The notes beneath the pieces are model-generated. The model saw nothing but the letters and a program-made list of their open reading frames with translations, had not been told where the DNA came from and did not search any database. 64,000 bases of DNA from Eledone cirrhosa. Taxonomy: Eukaryota. The translations under genes were made by a program, and so were the position numbers. The stretch covers positions 50,158,001 through 50,222,000 of the forward strand of contig OZ024749.1 in the NCBI GenBank assembly GCA_964016885.1. The letters are read 5' to 3'. Positions 43,919-59,200 of this stretch are shown here, piece by piece (the stretch's first letter is position 1; every line of letters starts with the position of its first letter).

Positions 43919-44305
43919 TATACATATATGTGCGTATACATACATACTTACATTTAAGTAAGTGCCGTACTAAGAAATTTCGTTTTCATTTTATTACAAC
44001 TCATCGTTTTCGGTGCCCCTGACCGATTTAACTCACTCGATATGCAAATTAGGCTGCTCAGCCGTTAATTTTCATAAGGAAAGTATATACTTTCGAACGT
44101 TCAACCATCTGGCAGAAGGGTATACGGTGCTGATGATTGAAACTAGTACATCGTTCCTGTGTCAGTGTTGAACAAAAAGGTGACGTGGTTGCCTTAACAC
44201 CGTGCAGCATAAATTCAGGCTGTTCAGTTTGTTTACAAACGAACAAAGCGGGCGCTATAATAAGCGTCCGCTAAACTGATACGTACATATATGTATGTGT
44301 ACCTG

Positions 44306-44375
<70 letters not shown>

Positions 44376-44489
44376 TGCTACTGTACGTCTGTATACATAT
44401 ATGTATGTACGTATACATACATACTTACATTTAAGTAAGTGCCGTACTAAGAGTGAGAAATGAAATTTCGTTTTCATTTTATTACAACT
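43919..44489 (+). repeat. unit bounded by about 85-bp direct repeats (43919-44000 and 44395-44489), enclosing a hammerhead motif
   Basis: cgtatacatacatacttacatttaagtaagtgccgtactaaga...aaatttcgttttcattttattacaact occurs twice. Confidence 0.8.
44124..44154 (+). ncRNA. ultra-minimal hammerhead-like motif lacking stem II
   Basis: ACGGTG CTGATGA TT GAAA CTAG TA CATCGT: 6-bp stem I, perfect core and palindromic stem III. Confidence 0.55.
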
Positions 44490-44519
44490 ATATATATATA
44501 TATATATATATGTATATTC

Positions 44520-44598
<79 letters not shown>

Positions 44599-45555
44599 CA
44601 GGATAGAAACATGAAGTTTGCTGCCTAATATATTATTCCATAAGCCTTAATCCTTAGAGCATATGTAAATAGTAGGTATTGAATTTATACTGGAAATGTA
44701 TACTTGAATATTTGATTCCTAAATGTTCGTCCACCTGTTATAATATCACGTATATCGCCAGAATTATTTTTACATTTCATATACGAAATGAAGCCATGTT
44801 TGAAATTTAGTTTGAAAAGACTCTATGATTCTCTAAACACAATGTTCACATGGATATGTTAGCATTCACTTTCAGAACTACAAAAACGAATGCTTCCAAT
44901 ATTGAATGTATGGAAATTTAATGTTTCCTATTATGTCAGAGTGTGTAAAGATATATATCAGTTAACTAAATTGAATATAGCGGCATGTGAAACACGTTGT
45001 CTATATAATAAATTATATACACATATGCATCACGTTTCGTGATATTTTCAACACAGTGATTCATTTTCCCATGTGCTGCATATGTGTGTTCTAATTCGGT
45101 GCGTGTATAGTTTTCCAAACTATTAATGAATCGAAAAACCGTTTGAGAGTTCGTTCATTCATATTATGTACACACATTTTATTGCAGCTATAGTTCACAA
45201 ATATGTATAAATTCAATATGGATTGTGTCTTAACCAGCTGCCATCAAGTGTGCTAATGTCACAATAGCTATGTAGTGTAATTGTATACTATAGCATATTA
45301 GAACATTGTTAAAGTTTTTAGTTGAAACATACCTAAAATATAATAGCAATTACAATGCCTCTCTGTTGATGAAAGTACAGATAAATATGAAATATCATAA
45401 GTCTTTGCTTCAATATGAAAAGACACTGTGGTTCAGATATCTATAGTCATATGCTCCTGCTATCTACACACTAGCTATATACAAACATTCCACACAGAGA
45501 CCACATACAAACTAACCTTCACGCTCTCAGATATGGGCACACCCCCACACACATA

Positions 45556-45598
<43 letters not shown>

Positions 45599-45633
45599 AT
45601 GTGTGTGTGTGTGTGTGTGTGTGTTTGTGTCTG

Positions 45634-45715
<82 letters not shown>

Positions 45716-47680
45716 TAATATATATATATATATATGTGTGTGGGTGGGTGTGTGTATGTGTGTATGTATGTGTGTCGTGGTGGGTTGTGGTATACAGAAT
45801 GTCCTTCAATGTCACCGTATCAAATTGTACAATAAACCAAGAAACTAATATCTGACACTTCTTAAATACAGTGTAATACATCACTTTGGAATATAAGTGG
45901 AACTAATCTCCTCTCGAATTATTCGCATAATGCCTACATGTATGAAGTTACCATTTATATGACCAGTACCTCACAGACCTTAATGTCTGTATAGTTAAAT
46001 ATATAATTTGTTTATAACTATTTTCAACAACTCCTTATATGGTTAAATATTTCATAAAATTAATATATTGTATTTCAATATACATAGAAAGAATGAAATA
46101 TAATTGTTTTTCTCATCAACAAAATCATTTCATAAATATTTAATTATCTGAAAATGGTAATGCAAATGTTTATGTTATCTGCATTTACACAAAAAATGTA
46201 CTTTGGAAACATTACGTTTATTCACAATTAATTTTATAACAGTTCTTTTACGAATAACATTAATTCTGATATGCCTCCCAACCATGAACTCATCTCTCCC
46301 AATTAAATATAATGTATTTCCTGGTCGCTGAAAAATCAGCTGCTTAAACGACTATATTCACCTCATGAATTAAGTTCTAAAAATAAGAAGCACATGATTA
46401 ATGTGTTGTTAACCATTCGTTTCTTTCAAAGATGACCATGCCATAAATAAAATAATATCATCCACACTACAATGCTACCTTCGTACTGGAACACATACAT
46501 GTTGTGCGATGTATCGGAATAAGCCAGGAAATTAACTACTAACCAGTAACTCTAATTACCAGCCTAATTTCGTGACTAACATCACGAGACTTTCAGATCT
46601 TCAAGCAACTAAAATAATTTCTATCTCCAAATATTAAGAATTATTTCATTTAATATTGCCTTTGAACACCTAAATATGAAACATCCAAATTACGAACGTT
46701 TTGTTTGCAGTTAGAAAATACAATTTTCATAAGATATTTACAATCATATATTTTTCTATTAACTTTTTTATCATCGAACTTGTGCATAATACACTATACT
46801 CATATAAGATTTACTTTAGCCAGATATCCCACGCCTATGTATTCAAAACCATATCCTTCAATTGCGTAGCCATTGATAAAAAGAACGACCTGTGATTTAG
46901 ACACATGTACAACATGAAATCCACACCCAGCATACCATACCCAACTAATTATAAAAAATATATATAAACTCGACATGGCAGAAAGGGAAGTTCAATGAGG
47001 TTTACTAGAACTGAAATTTCTTACTAGATATCCCTGTCTTTGGGTAGTAATCTATATAAGCCCAATATATTTATCTATGTTGGTTTTCAACTTTATATAC
47101 ATCAATTTTGTTACATTCACTTAGTGTCTCACATAACACAATACTTCATCCAATATATTAACTGCATGACAAGGTATATGGCATAATTACTTCTGCTTCC
47201 TTATCCCATACCACTTAACAAGGTTTATATGACTCACTACCTTATCGCCTTTTGTTCCTAATATTTTCTAAGTGTTCTTATGCCCGAACACTTTCTATTT
47301 CACTATACATCTTGTTTTCAAATCTCTCTATATCTCTTTCTCTTTTCCCTCTTGTTTCTCTCTCTAGCTATCAATCTCACATCGCCATCTATCTACCGAT
47401 TACATATATCAATATATATGTTCGATAAAACTGTTTGCTTTTCAATGCAATCAGTAAGCTAGAAATCCACAGATAGTCATAAATACACTTGATGAAACGG
47501 AGATAACATTAGATGTAAGATCTAATGGAAAGAGGAAAACAAATTTAATGCGAAACTTGTGTGTGTCTCTGTGTCTTGGGCTGCGCGTTTACGTGTCTGT
47601 GTTTGTGTCTGTGTATACATGAGCATGTATGTATTTCTATGTACAAACAAACACACACACACATACACACACACACACAT

Positions 47681-47766
<86 letters not shown>

Positions 47767-47898
47767 ATGTGTGTGTGTGCGTGTGTGTGTATGTGTGTTT
47801 GTGTGAATGTTTGAACATGCATGTCATTCTCTGTACACACACACACACATATTTACATATATATATATATATATATACGTGTGTGTGTGTCTGTTTTG

Positions 47899-47978
<80 letters not shown>

Positions 47979-49618
47979 GTGTGTGTGCATTTACAATGGA
48001 AAGTAACATTACCAGTAAGGATATTAAAGGATACCTTTTACGCTATCAGAGGTTCCGAGTTTGACTTCGTGATGGGTTTGTTATTACAAGCAGCCAATAT
48101 CCTTGGTTTTATTTGATTATTGCCTTTAACCATTTAAATGTACGTTCTACTCTTGTTATTCCCTTGTATCCTGTATTGGCAAATCTATATATCCATTTGC
48201 TGTCCTTACTGGGCACGTACGTGATTTCGCCCTCTAGCAAACTCATGTGTAATAGCTAAAGCTATTGTTTGACTGGTGTAGTAACATTTGATTTCTGATG
48301 TGAAACATATGAACACATGTATAGTAGATACTGTTATTACTATTGCAGTTGTAGTTGATGCGTCTGTTATTTTAGCTTTTGCTGATTATCAGCATATGCT
48401 CAACGATATGTTTGTCTTTAAAGCATCAAATTTAACCACTCTTTGTATAAAACGTTTATATGAAAGTTCTGGTTGACGTGAGACTAAGCTATGTTCAGTA
48501 GATCGTAGTTCTGCATTGATGCGGCACCGATTGAGAAAAGTTAACCCCCTCGAGTGGTGAAATGTACTGAATTTATTTTGCGTATATTTATTATAGTGTA
48601 TTAAAATCTAAAACTTCTATATTATTAATAGAATATATTAATATGTATAATATATAATGCTGCTACATGTGATACACAATTGTGAGGTTAGTTTATGAGC
48701 CAAATTTCCATTCATCAACCCAACTGTCAACAACTAGGAATCAAGATGTAGTGGCATTTTCTGCGTTTTCACTGTTTTACATGAGGTGATTGTTTTTGTT
48801 CAAAGACCAATTACAATTAACTTACTCGGCCTAGTTTATATGCACAATGCACATCACGCGCGTGTGGAAGAATAGAGAAGAATGAATTGAATTGATAAAT
48901 ATTTACTCAAATGTGTGTATTATTCGTGGTGTCAACTACTTATCCTGAGTATACAACATTAAAAGCGTGTAGAACATAAAAGTATTCTAATACATCGGAA
49001 GCATTACGACGCTAGCTTCAAAGAAATCCTCTTTTTATAATCCACTTTACGTATAGACCAGAATGTTTTATGTATGAGATTGGCACCATATATGCTTCCT
49101 ACGCAATGTCAACTCTATCCCACTAAATATAGTAGGACTGTTTAACGTGTAAGTAATATGTTGATCGTTGAACGGACAAATCTGATCATAAATGTAACGT
49201 GTACGTAACTCAATTCTCAGGGAGATTTCATGACACATTGTGTAAAAGAGTTGGCCCGTTGATGTACAGGTTCACCCTATAAGATGGACGTACAACCAGT
49301 TTATTTCTACTAATCTTCCCTCACATTTCATTAGCCAAAACGGGGCCGTGTTGAGACTAAATCTAGGCTACATTCAATACGAGTTATATTCCAAAGCTAA
49401 TCGTGTATAGAAGAAACAAGAATCTAACATGGCTTTTTAGCCTAGCCAATGATCTAAAATGTCTTGCACATAGTTGGCAACCAAATCATTCACTGGCAAA
49501 TGCTGGCTGTGGTTGGAGTTCATTTCTATGCTATTACTGACATAATATATACTGACGATGACATATATATATATAGAATCATTAGAACATCTGACTGATT
49601 GAAAGACAAGTCAGTCAA

Positions 49619-49819
49619 TCATATTGGTGGCCTCCCCACAGACCAAGCGGACAGAATGGAGAAAGCGTTTCCCTGGAGGACGGCAAGGGAGACACGCCAG
49701 AAAAGCCATTCCAGCTCGCGAGGCTCACAACTGCGGCTGGTCAGCTCAGCGCCTATGGTGGTGAGTAGGGAGGTCGCCCTAGGGCGTACGACACCAGAAG
49801 TCTCCTCTACCAAAGGTGA
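49619..49819 (-). mobile_element. C-terminal fragment of a CRE-like (RLE-class) non-LTR retrotransposon
   Basis: PLVEETSGVVRPRATSLLTTIG...EPRELEWLFWRVSLAVLQGNAFSIL, in a GC-rich island within AT-rich background. Confidence 0.68.
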
Positions 49820-50894
49820 CTAATAAAAGAAAAACATTTTCAATTTCATTTTAGTATAAACTATCATAAATGTTATGAAGGTTTTTCACATATTTATCAT
49901 GGAAAAATAAACATAGCATTTTTCCAAGAGCAATGTTCCAACTATCCAACAGAGTGACGCTAAAACGTTTCATTTAACAAGAATGATTTGTGATGACAAA
50001 CCACATCATTAGGCACGATTATTACGATTTGTGTTTAAACAAAGAGCCAAGCATCATACCTCCGAAAATGTCGGTAAACATATTTATATGATTTAATCTA
50101 ATATATCTAAATTTATTTGAGCTTCGTTAACATAAAATGAATGTATATTGTAATATATATGTATATATTGACGGGATTAAACGGGTTATCTCCCTTCCGA
50201 CTATGGAGTCCATAACTTTCACACGGTTAATGTAAAACATCCCTATATTCAATAGATTTAACTGCACTATCGTGGCCTGGTGGGGTTTCCCCGAGGAAAG
50301 ACAAAAGCCATGAAGTAAAATAAATTCTAAATAAACTATATGGAATTCCAGCTGAGTTGGAATATGTGCACACACACGTATCTATATATATATATATATA
50401 TGACTGTGCGTGTGTGTGTGTGGGGGGGGGGGGGGGGGTATGTGTGTTCATATATATATATATATATATATATTGTGATAGATAGATAGATCTGCACGCA
50501 TACATACATTTATGCGTGTACGCAAGTCTTTGACAATAGTTGCATTTAAAATCAGTTTATTTTCATAAAACCGAATGTTACTTTCCTAATACATCTAGAT
50601 GTATATCATTTACATATAATCTTGAATGGTTTGATATATTGTATGACATCAGCAAGATATCAATGTCTCATTTCTATACTAATGTCAGACCGTTGGAATG
50701 CAAATTCATATAATGTGTAAAGCTCTATGTAAACGAGATATTATCCTGAAACAAATCCTATAAAATATATACTAGAAGCAACGATTTTAAGTTACACATT
50801 GGTCTTGCCGTTAGAACATGTTGCTTGAATTTTTTAATCAGCGTACATAGTATCGAACATATATAGTAATAAGTTTGCTATGGATTCTACATAC

Positions 50895-50988
<94 letters not shown>

Positions 50989-51395
50989 TAAGGTTTGGTG
51001 GTTCACCACTGGATAGAACTGGTCATTCCGTATGATCAATCCTTCTTTAATATTGTGAAGAGTAATCAACGCAGTGCAGTTCACCCATCTTCGTTTGTGT
51101 AGTTGGTGGTGTGAACATGGAGTTAATTAAAAATTAAATAACAAGAGGCTGGACTGGTGTAAATCCTTGAAAGATTTATTATACTATGATCATTTCAATG
51201 AGCGGGTTCCATATGAATCCGGTGATATCATCATGTATTGGAATATAACAAAGGAATATGTAAAAAGCCATGGGTCCAAAAAACATGGGTCCGAGAAACC
51301 AGAGACAGAGAGGGCGGCTAACCAACTAGCTTCACAGCCAGCCGCCCTCAATGTATATACTAATTTATTAATTAGTCTTCAAATTTATTATTATT

Positions 51396-51472
<77 letters not shown>

Positions 51473-51973
51473 TAAAATGTCATTACATCCACGTGAACTA
51501 CCTGAAAATTGCGTGATAATGTTACGGAAATAATTTCGGTCCACATGTTGATTATTGTCGATTAGGAAAGGATGAAAAACAAATCAAATTCTGACTGGAT
51601 ATTATACACATAATTAACGTTCCATGAACATTCCATATGTTATTGAGTGCTGTTCATATTCATTCCTAACAAATTAATGACCAAACAACTAGTAGCGTTT
51701 TGCTAAGAAACTATGTTTACTTTTATATGAATAAGAATGCATATGCATTGCGATGATAACAATTTTGTTTGACATATGGTTATGTTTTCGTGACTGATCT
51801 ATCAACCATTAGAAAACATGTATGGGCACAAATTCCGGCGACTAGAATCTCGCTTCTCTGATTTGCTTGTCGTGCGTTTCAATGCCGCTGTCGTAAACTC
51901 TACGTGAGAGATGCTTACATTTAATAACATAACCATTGAAATCATAATGTTGATACTGTTATCCTTGTATTTC

Positions 51974-52053
<80 letters not shown>

Positions 52054-52059
52054 TATCTC

Positions 52060-52116
<57 letters not shown>

Positions 52117-52134
52117 CGATCGTCATTCGTCAAA

Positions 52135-52228
52135 TCGGACCGAGGAAACAATATTTCCGTTGGTCTTTCCAATTGCTAATACTATCTATTGGTCGCAATT
52201 CCAGATAGAAGGAGCAACGTGAAATGAG
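52135..52228 (-). mobile_element. SINE family 2 fragment
   Basis: Aligns to 6499-6590. Confidence 0.6.
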
Positions 52229-53498
52229 GTTTGCTTACATAATTGCAAATGAGTCGAATATTATTATCGTATTCGAAAAAAAACAGATTACATTTATATA
52301 TATATATATGTATGTGTATGTGTGTTTGTGTGTGTGCGCGTGTGTGTGTGCGTATATGTGTGCGGGTGTGTGTGTGGGTGTGTGTATAGGTGTGTATATA
52401 TGTGGGAGGTGAAACTGTGTTTTTGTATGTTTATAAACATTGTAAGAAAAGAAACACCGTTGCATAACATTATCCCGGTGGATTATATCTGAAAGCAATA
52501 TAACCGTGACTGATTTTCTCAGCTGAGCTGGCACTATTCCAAGTCAATAGCAACTGAAACTACAAAATTATTTTGCATATTTGTCGTAGTATTTGACCGC
52601 TGACGGTCAAATAATTTTTGAAATATTATCTTCGAAATAGAAAGTGCGTTAAACGATATAAGTTTAAGGAAAACTCTGGACTTTTTCCAACAGTCATTTG
52701 GTCTCAATGCGTGCAGATATTAACCAATGATCAGAAAACCTAATCGCTCTTCATTTCAGACGGAGTATATTGCAATGATAGTATTATTGGAGAAACAGCG
52801 CAGGTCAGAAATTTTGCAAAATTTATGTATGAAGTGTCACTCCTGAAATATAATATACATTGCAGTTTAATGTAATTTCTTATTGGAATGTTTATCGCAA
52901 TTTGTATTGCTAAGAATTGCCTACCCCTTTTGACTACTGTGATCATCAATTATTGTTTTGTATCTCCGAATGCACATTAGAAACTGAAAATGCAGAAAAC
53001 ATTCTGAGTTTATATATTGTACGTAGCAAATATATAATTAGTCCTTTCGGGTATTGTTTGACTATGTTATAATTGGATATTATTTAAATGCTGATGAGAG
53101 ATCGGGATCATGTTTTCCCATAATGTGTTTTCCTAATGAGGAAGTATATTACGAGACGTGCAAATATGTTAAGCTATGAATCTACGTGTCCATCCTTATG
53201 GTTATGTAAATGTAGTTGTACTTGCAATTTCATGAACAAAAGCGCAATCATTCTGTAATAAAATATATCCCCTGGATAATTCGCCTTTAAACTTCATTCC
53301 AACGGATTAAACTGTATCTGAATTCTGAGATATGTTTACGGAAATATATACCATAAAATCAATATAACACTATTTGCAAAAGGAAAATGAAACATGGTAC
53401 AAGTGGTTGGGACACCATTGACTTAAGATTATTATTGTTTGTCATTATCGCTATTAGAAATACAGTCAGAAATATTAGAGTAAACGTATTTTATTATT

Positions 53499-54184
53499 AC
53501 ACTGGGTAATTGCTGGCCTTCTGCCTAACGTAGATACAATTATTATTGTTAGTAGTAGTAGTAATATCATTAGTTGCATTGGCAATATCAATAGAGGGTC
53601 GGACCGCATGTTTTGCAGCATAGAGTTAAGGCCATTTACTGTCTTATTTCATATCCCGCTGAGGTTTACTTACGCTTTCATCCTTACGGGTCGATAAAAT
53701 AAAGTACCAGTCACGCACTGGGATCGTTTTAATCGAATTTCCCCACCCCCAAAAAATTGCTGACATTGTGCCTATATAAGAAAGCATTATTATTATCATT
53801 ATTTGGAGGGCGGGGAATCGGTAGAGGGTCAGAGGCCTTGCTTTGACTCATAGAGTTACGGCCCTTGCCATTCTGAGTTCAAATCCCACCGAGGTTAACT
53901 TTGCCTTTCATCCTTACGGGGTCGATAAAATAAAGTACCAGTAAAGTACTGGGTAATTGCTGGCCTTGGGCCAATAGTAGAAACAATTATTTGGATTCGC
54001 ACTATCGGTAGAAGTTGGATGACATGCTTTTCAGCATAGAGTTAGGGCTCTTTACTCCCTGAGTTCATATCCCGCCGATGTTAAATTTGCCTTTCACCCT
54101 TACGGGGTGGATAAAATAATGTATCTGTAACGCACTGGGTAATTGCTGGCCTTGTCCCAAAAGTAGAAATAATTATTATTATTA
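53499..54184 (+). mobile_element. head-to-tail cluster of four SINE family 1 copies (3' fragment 53499-53546; long 53573-53790; short 53806-53990; short 53991-54184)
   Basis: Repeated A/B boxes, central domain and gctggccttg..agtagaaacaatt tails. Confidence 0.92.
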
Positions 54185-55075
54185 GTTATGTAGTGGCGCC
54201 TGTATTTTGACAGGGCATGATATAATAGATGCATTTGCTGTAAAGTCCTTTGGCAATTTGTAATTATTTTCATATTAATCCCTTCAGCAACATGTTACAT
54301 GTGTTTCCCGAATTTCTTTGTAGAACATACAATATATAGTTCTCAAATTTGTTTTCAATATTATTCTCTCAGCAACAGAGAAAAGCTTTTAGAAGAATGC
54401 GTGAAACATGCACATCAAGCTGGTGCATAGAATATATCCAACGTGTTGAATAGATTCCAAAAAAAACAAAACATTATTTGATATGGTATGCAAGCTTTAA
54501 AAATCTGAAAAAATGGTTTTACGAAATTCTATCAAGCCTAAAGCAAAAGTTTAATTCCTATACAATTCAGAGGCCAAACATAAAGCATTCTATTAAAAAG
54601 CGGGAATATATTCCATAAAAAATACATTATTAATATTGTAAAGTTTCAATAGAGTATGAAAAGGAATCAGCACATAGAAGAAATGCCTATATTTCTTGAA
54701 ATAAAATAAGTGTTCAAGCTTATACCATGGCTGTAATTGTACTTCAATCTAAATAATCCGTCACTAAATGAATACAGTGCACCATTGATGTGATGCGCAG
54801 ATGCCGAGAAGTATTTGACCATTTGTATTAATGGTTCCAATACCTTATTCTCTCAAGACATTTACCCAAGGAATCTGAGACCACTTGCGAAATAGAGGTT
54901 ATGCATCGCGGATCACTCTCAACAGCGGGATACATAAATAGTTATATTTATCCTAACTCTAAACTACGTGATATTTAATGTACTTGTGTAGGGAATCTAT
55001 ATTATATTACACATTCAATTATCAGTATTGATTGGAATTAGTGAATAGGAGAATGGGGAAACTTATATATGTGTT

Positions 55076-55148
<73 letters not shown>

Positions 55149-55149
55149 A

Positions 55150-55202
<53 letters not shown>

Positions 55203-55213
55203 GTGTGTGTGTG

Positions 55214-55262
<49 letters not shown>

Positions 55263-55264
55263 CT

Positions 55265-55306
<42 letters not shown>

Positions 55307-56223
55307 GGAATACAGCAATATACTATTCGGAAGAAAACATCGTTGTATTTAATTAGGAACATACAGTCAGGACACTTGAAAATCGAGATATCCATTTACG
55401 CCATGTTGTAATAGGGTGCTGACATAGCTGGATGGAATCAATGTGATGAGAAAAACTGAACACTCGCTTATAACTCAATTATGAACTATTTGAATGGAAC
55501 GATCTTTAATAGAAACAGCTATTCTTCACACTGTCACATTTAATCGATCCGAGCATGGCCAATGCAGATTTGCCGTCGAATTGAGTGATATGCTACATAA
55601 AAGAATACTTCCTTTCGATTAATCACATGATCGATTTTTATTAACGCAATGTTAGGGAAGTTGTAGGATAAGGATGTCGTCAGCAGTAATCAATTTCATG
55701 TTATTTTCAATTACTCTTCTGCGGGACTCATTTCCCTGAAATAATGGACATACAGACGTAGAATATAGAATGCCACTGTGCCAGTGGAAACAAAGAACAA
55801 AATAACAAATTAATAAATATAAATGCAAGACACAGAACAAATTAAATTCCGCATATATTGAAACAGATATTCAAGTTTATTATATTTATATGCATATACT
55901 CGTAACAGACATATTGGATATGAAACCCCCTTGGAAGGGAGTGATTATATTTTGCTACCGATATAACATTATTGGAAGTGTAATTCAACATTTTATTTAG
56001 CGAAAACATGTTTCTGTTTTCTTTCTCTTTTTTTTTTTAATTATCAAGTTGATATTCACAATGTCATCAAAATTATCATGTCTCCGGGCTGTGTTTAGCG
56101 TAGCCAATTATTATGCTTCGCTGCTGTCTCATAGACCAGAAAAGGAAATTATATAAAGATACACAAACATACATACAGTCACCGACACATCTCCAAGCAC
56201 ACACAAACACATACAACTACAAA

Positions 56224-56335
<112 letters not shown>

Positions 56336-57814
56336 GAGAGTGAGAGAGAGAGCGAAAGTAAGGATGATGGTGAAAGAGGAGGGAGTGAGAGGCCCAGCGT
56401 GCACTAACCTGCTGGAAATGACATTACCAAGGTTGGTATTTTGTACAAGTTTGTTTCTGGGTCAATCGCCCCTATAGGAAAAGTCCTCGCTGTATTGTCC
56501 AAGAATATGCTGACTATGATTTGATGTAATGGCATTGTTAACAGCTACATAATGTGGCATCATGGAAGCACTTTTTAAAATTCACAGCTGGTTCTAATAG
56601 CCACTGCACAGCTCACAACCACCGATAGAAACATATTTGTCGGGGACTGTCCTACTCTAGTGTGTGGAGAGATATCACTGACCGCCTGCTGCTATTACTA
56701 TGCAGTAATGCAAATTGAAACAAAAGTATATCAGTCTGTATTAAGACCGTAATAAATCAATTTTCCTGTTGAACAGATAACTTCCAAGATCGATTCTATG
56801 TAAAATATTCGGGAATTATCTAAAACATATTGATTTTCTTACTGTTTTCTTTAAAATATATTTTTCTGAATCTCAAAGGCGCTATATGTATTTTCACAAA
56901 TGCCCGACCTAACATGATGGTCTGCCAAAGTATTGAAGTGTTAAATTATTTAAAATACAATTGAAATGTGACATAATAATGTGCAATGATTTATTTGTAT
57001 CATCTCAGTTAAGTTCTAAAAAATGTGCTCGTTTATTTTTCAATATCCATATTTTGTAGTTGCTGTTAACGTTATGGCCAGTTCTTATTCAGCAACAACA
57101 TGACCAACGGCTTCCATCCACGGATATCAAAGTTTAATTTCCAATCAACATAAAATTATTATATAACCAAATATATTTTCTTTTTCGTTTTCTTTTTTTA
57201 ATTTTTTTTACAGAGAGCAGGATGATATTGCAAACAAATATGGTTGCTATTTCAAATACAACGAAATATTTAATCCATGCTGATAGTCAGCAGTGTATAA
57301 CTATTCTTTAGTTAGAGCATTCGGTTTATATTTACTTCAAATAAATTATTATTGTTTCTCAGGAAATCCCTCAATCCCATTAGCTACAGAATTCTTGATT
57401 CTTTGATTTCAATATCAATCGGATAGTGTTTTCATGCCGATTAATATTGCTAAACAATCTAATACACCAGAACGAGTTTGTCGGTTTCTTTGAGCTTATA
57501 ATATATTGAGTTTCAGGATGAATAAATAAATAAACATTTATATTTCCAAAAACAATGGAGAATTCTTGCAGTCATGTTTCTGTAAAAGACTTTAGAAATA
57601 CAATCTCAAACCCAAACCAAATAAATAATTACATAAACTAAGAAATACAATTGCGTAAAATAGAACTATTAATATTTATTAGCATATAGCCATGAGTATT
57701 TATTACAATCTTGAATTTGCAAAAAAGGCATTAGCAACGCCGTATATAGTCTGACAATGATGTGGAATGAGAGAAATAGTGCATATGTATGTAGAGTTTC
57801 TTTATAAGACAGAA

Positions 57815-58036
57815 AGAATTGTCTTTACGTTAAGCACAAGGCCAGTAATTTGAAGGGGAAGAGAGGTCTATTAAATCGACCCCAGTGTATTACTGGTACT
57901 TTATTTTATTGACCACGTAAGGATAAAAGGCAAAGTTAACCTCGACGGGATTTGAACTCGGATCATAAAGTGCCGTAACTCTATGATGATGAGCATGGCA
58001 TCCGACACTCTACCAATACTGCCAATCCACCGCCCC
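57815..58036 (-). mobile_element. SINE family 1, long variant, full length
   Basis: Consensus match, flanked by the direct repeat agaaagaa. Confidence 0.92.
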
Positions 58037-59119
58037 GAGAAAGAAATTATTACACCCTATATGAGATAAAGTCCAAGAATTCTATGGGTATACGTTATAA
58101 TAGCAGCAGGTATTGGGAGCTAATCCTTTAATCCTCTTTTAAATAGTTATATAAACCGGTTGGTATTTAGTACAGCGTTTTAGAAATCTTAACTATAATA
58201 AAGAAATGAGTGGGGGGCTGCATCCAGAATATGATTTTTTATCCCGTTTGTAAAATAAGTTGGATGACTTTGAATAAATAATGAATGAATATTATATAAT
58301 TTATCTGCTAAATTTCGTATTTTTTTTATTAAATATATTGTAGTGCTTATTTAAAGATATTGCTTATTTAACGATTCACTTCTTTAAAATGTTCAGTTGT
58401 CAACACTTCCGGTTTGCGGTCGCTTAAACAAACATTCATATGTTTGCGCCACTAATTTTCTGCTCATGCAGTTTATCGTCTTTGTTTAATGTATCATGGA
58501 TTACGTTACTGATTACAAAAGAGAGTGTAAAGCAGTCTTCTCTCAATTTCTATGTATATTGTCAATTACGATTTTATTTGATTATCATATCTACATGCAT
58601 ATATACTTGCGTATAATATCAATATGCACACTACACATGCTAGCAGAAAGCACCCGATGGGTGGTTATTCTGCTAATATCATTAATGTTTATATTAAAAT
58701 ACTAACGATATGTACAATGATAAATGGGTAAGAATTTCCAAGACGTGTGTCGTTGTGATCTACTGATATAGTTCTGCTAAATAAGGTCGTGATACAGAAA
58801 CTATGAAACATACGTAGTTATTCTTGCTAGAGGGATAAGATGAAAAGTGTTTTTCAAATGTATATGAACAGAGAACACATACTGAATCCACTAAATAATC
58901 CTTTCTTATAAACATTGTAAGCCCTACTTCTATTCATAAGAGGGATTGAGGTTCTCTAAATGAAAGAAAATCATATATAGTTAGATACATGCATGTTTGT
59001 TCACAGACACATAACCACATTTATGGTTAACTGTCTACTTATCTATGCCTGAGTGTGTGATCAACCCGTTATGTATGTGTGCATATACATATATATATAT
59101 ATGTATATATATATATTTG

Positions 59120-59192
<73 letters not shown>

Positions 59193-59200
<8 letters not shown>

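Noticed and set aside
53499-54184. CRISPR-like repeat-spacer array
   Set aside because: The repeats are roughly 190-bp diverged SINEs in eukaryotic DNA, and there are no cas genes.
57176-57300. Strong polypyrimidine-CAG acceptor-like site (similar ones at about 33471 plus and about 55737 minus)
   Set aside because: All frames stop quickly, and such sites are common by chance in AT-rich DNA.
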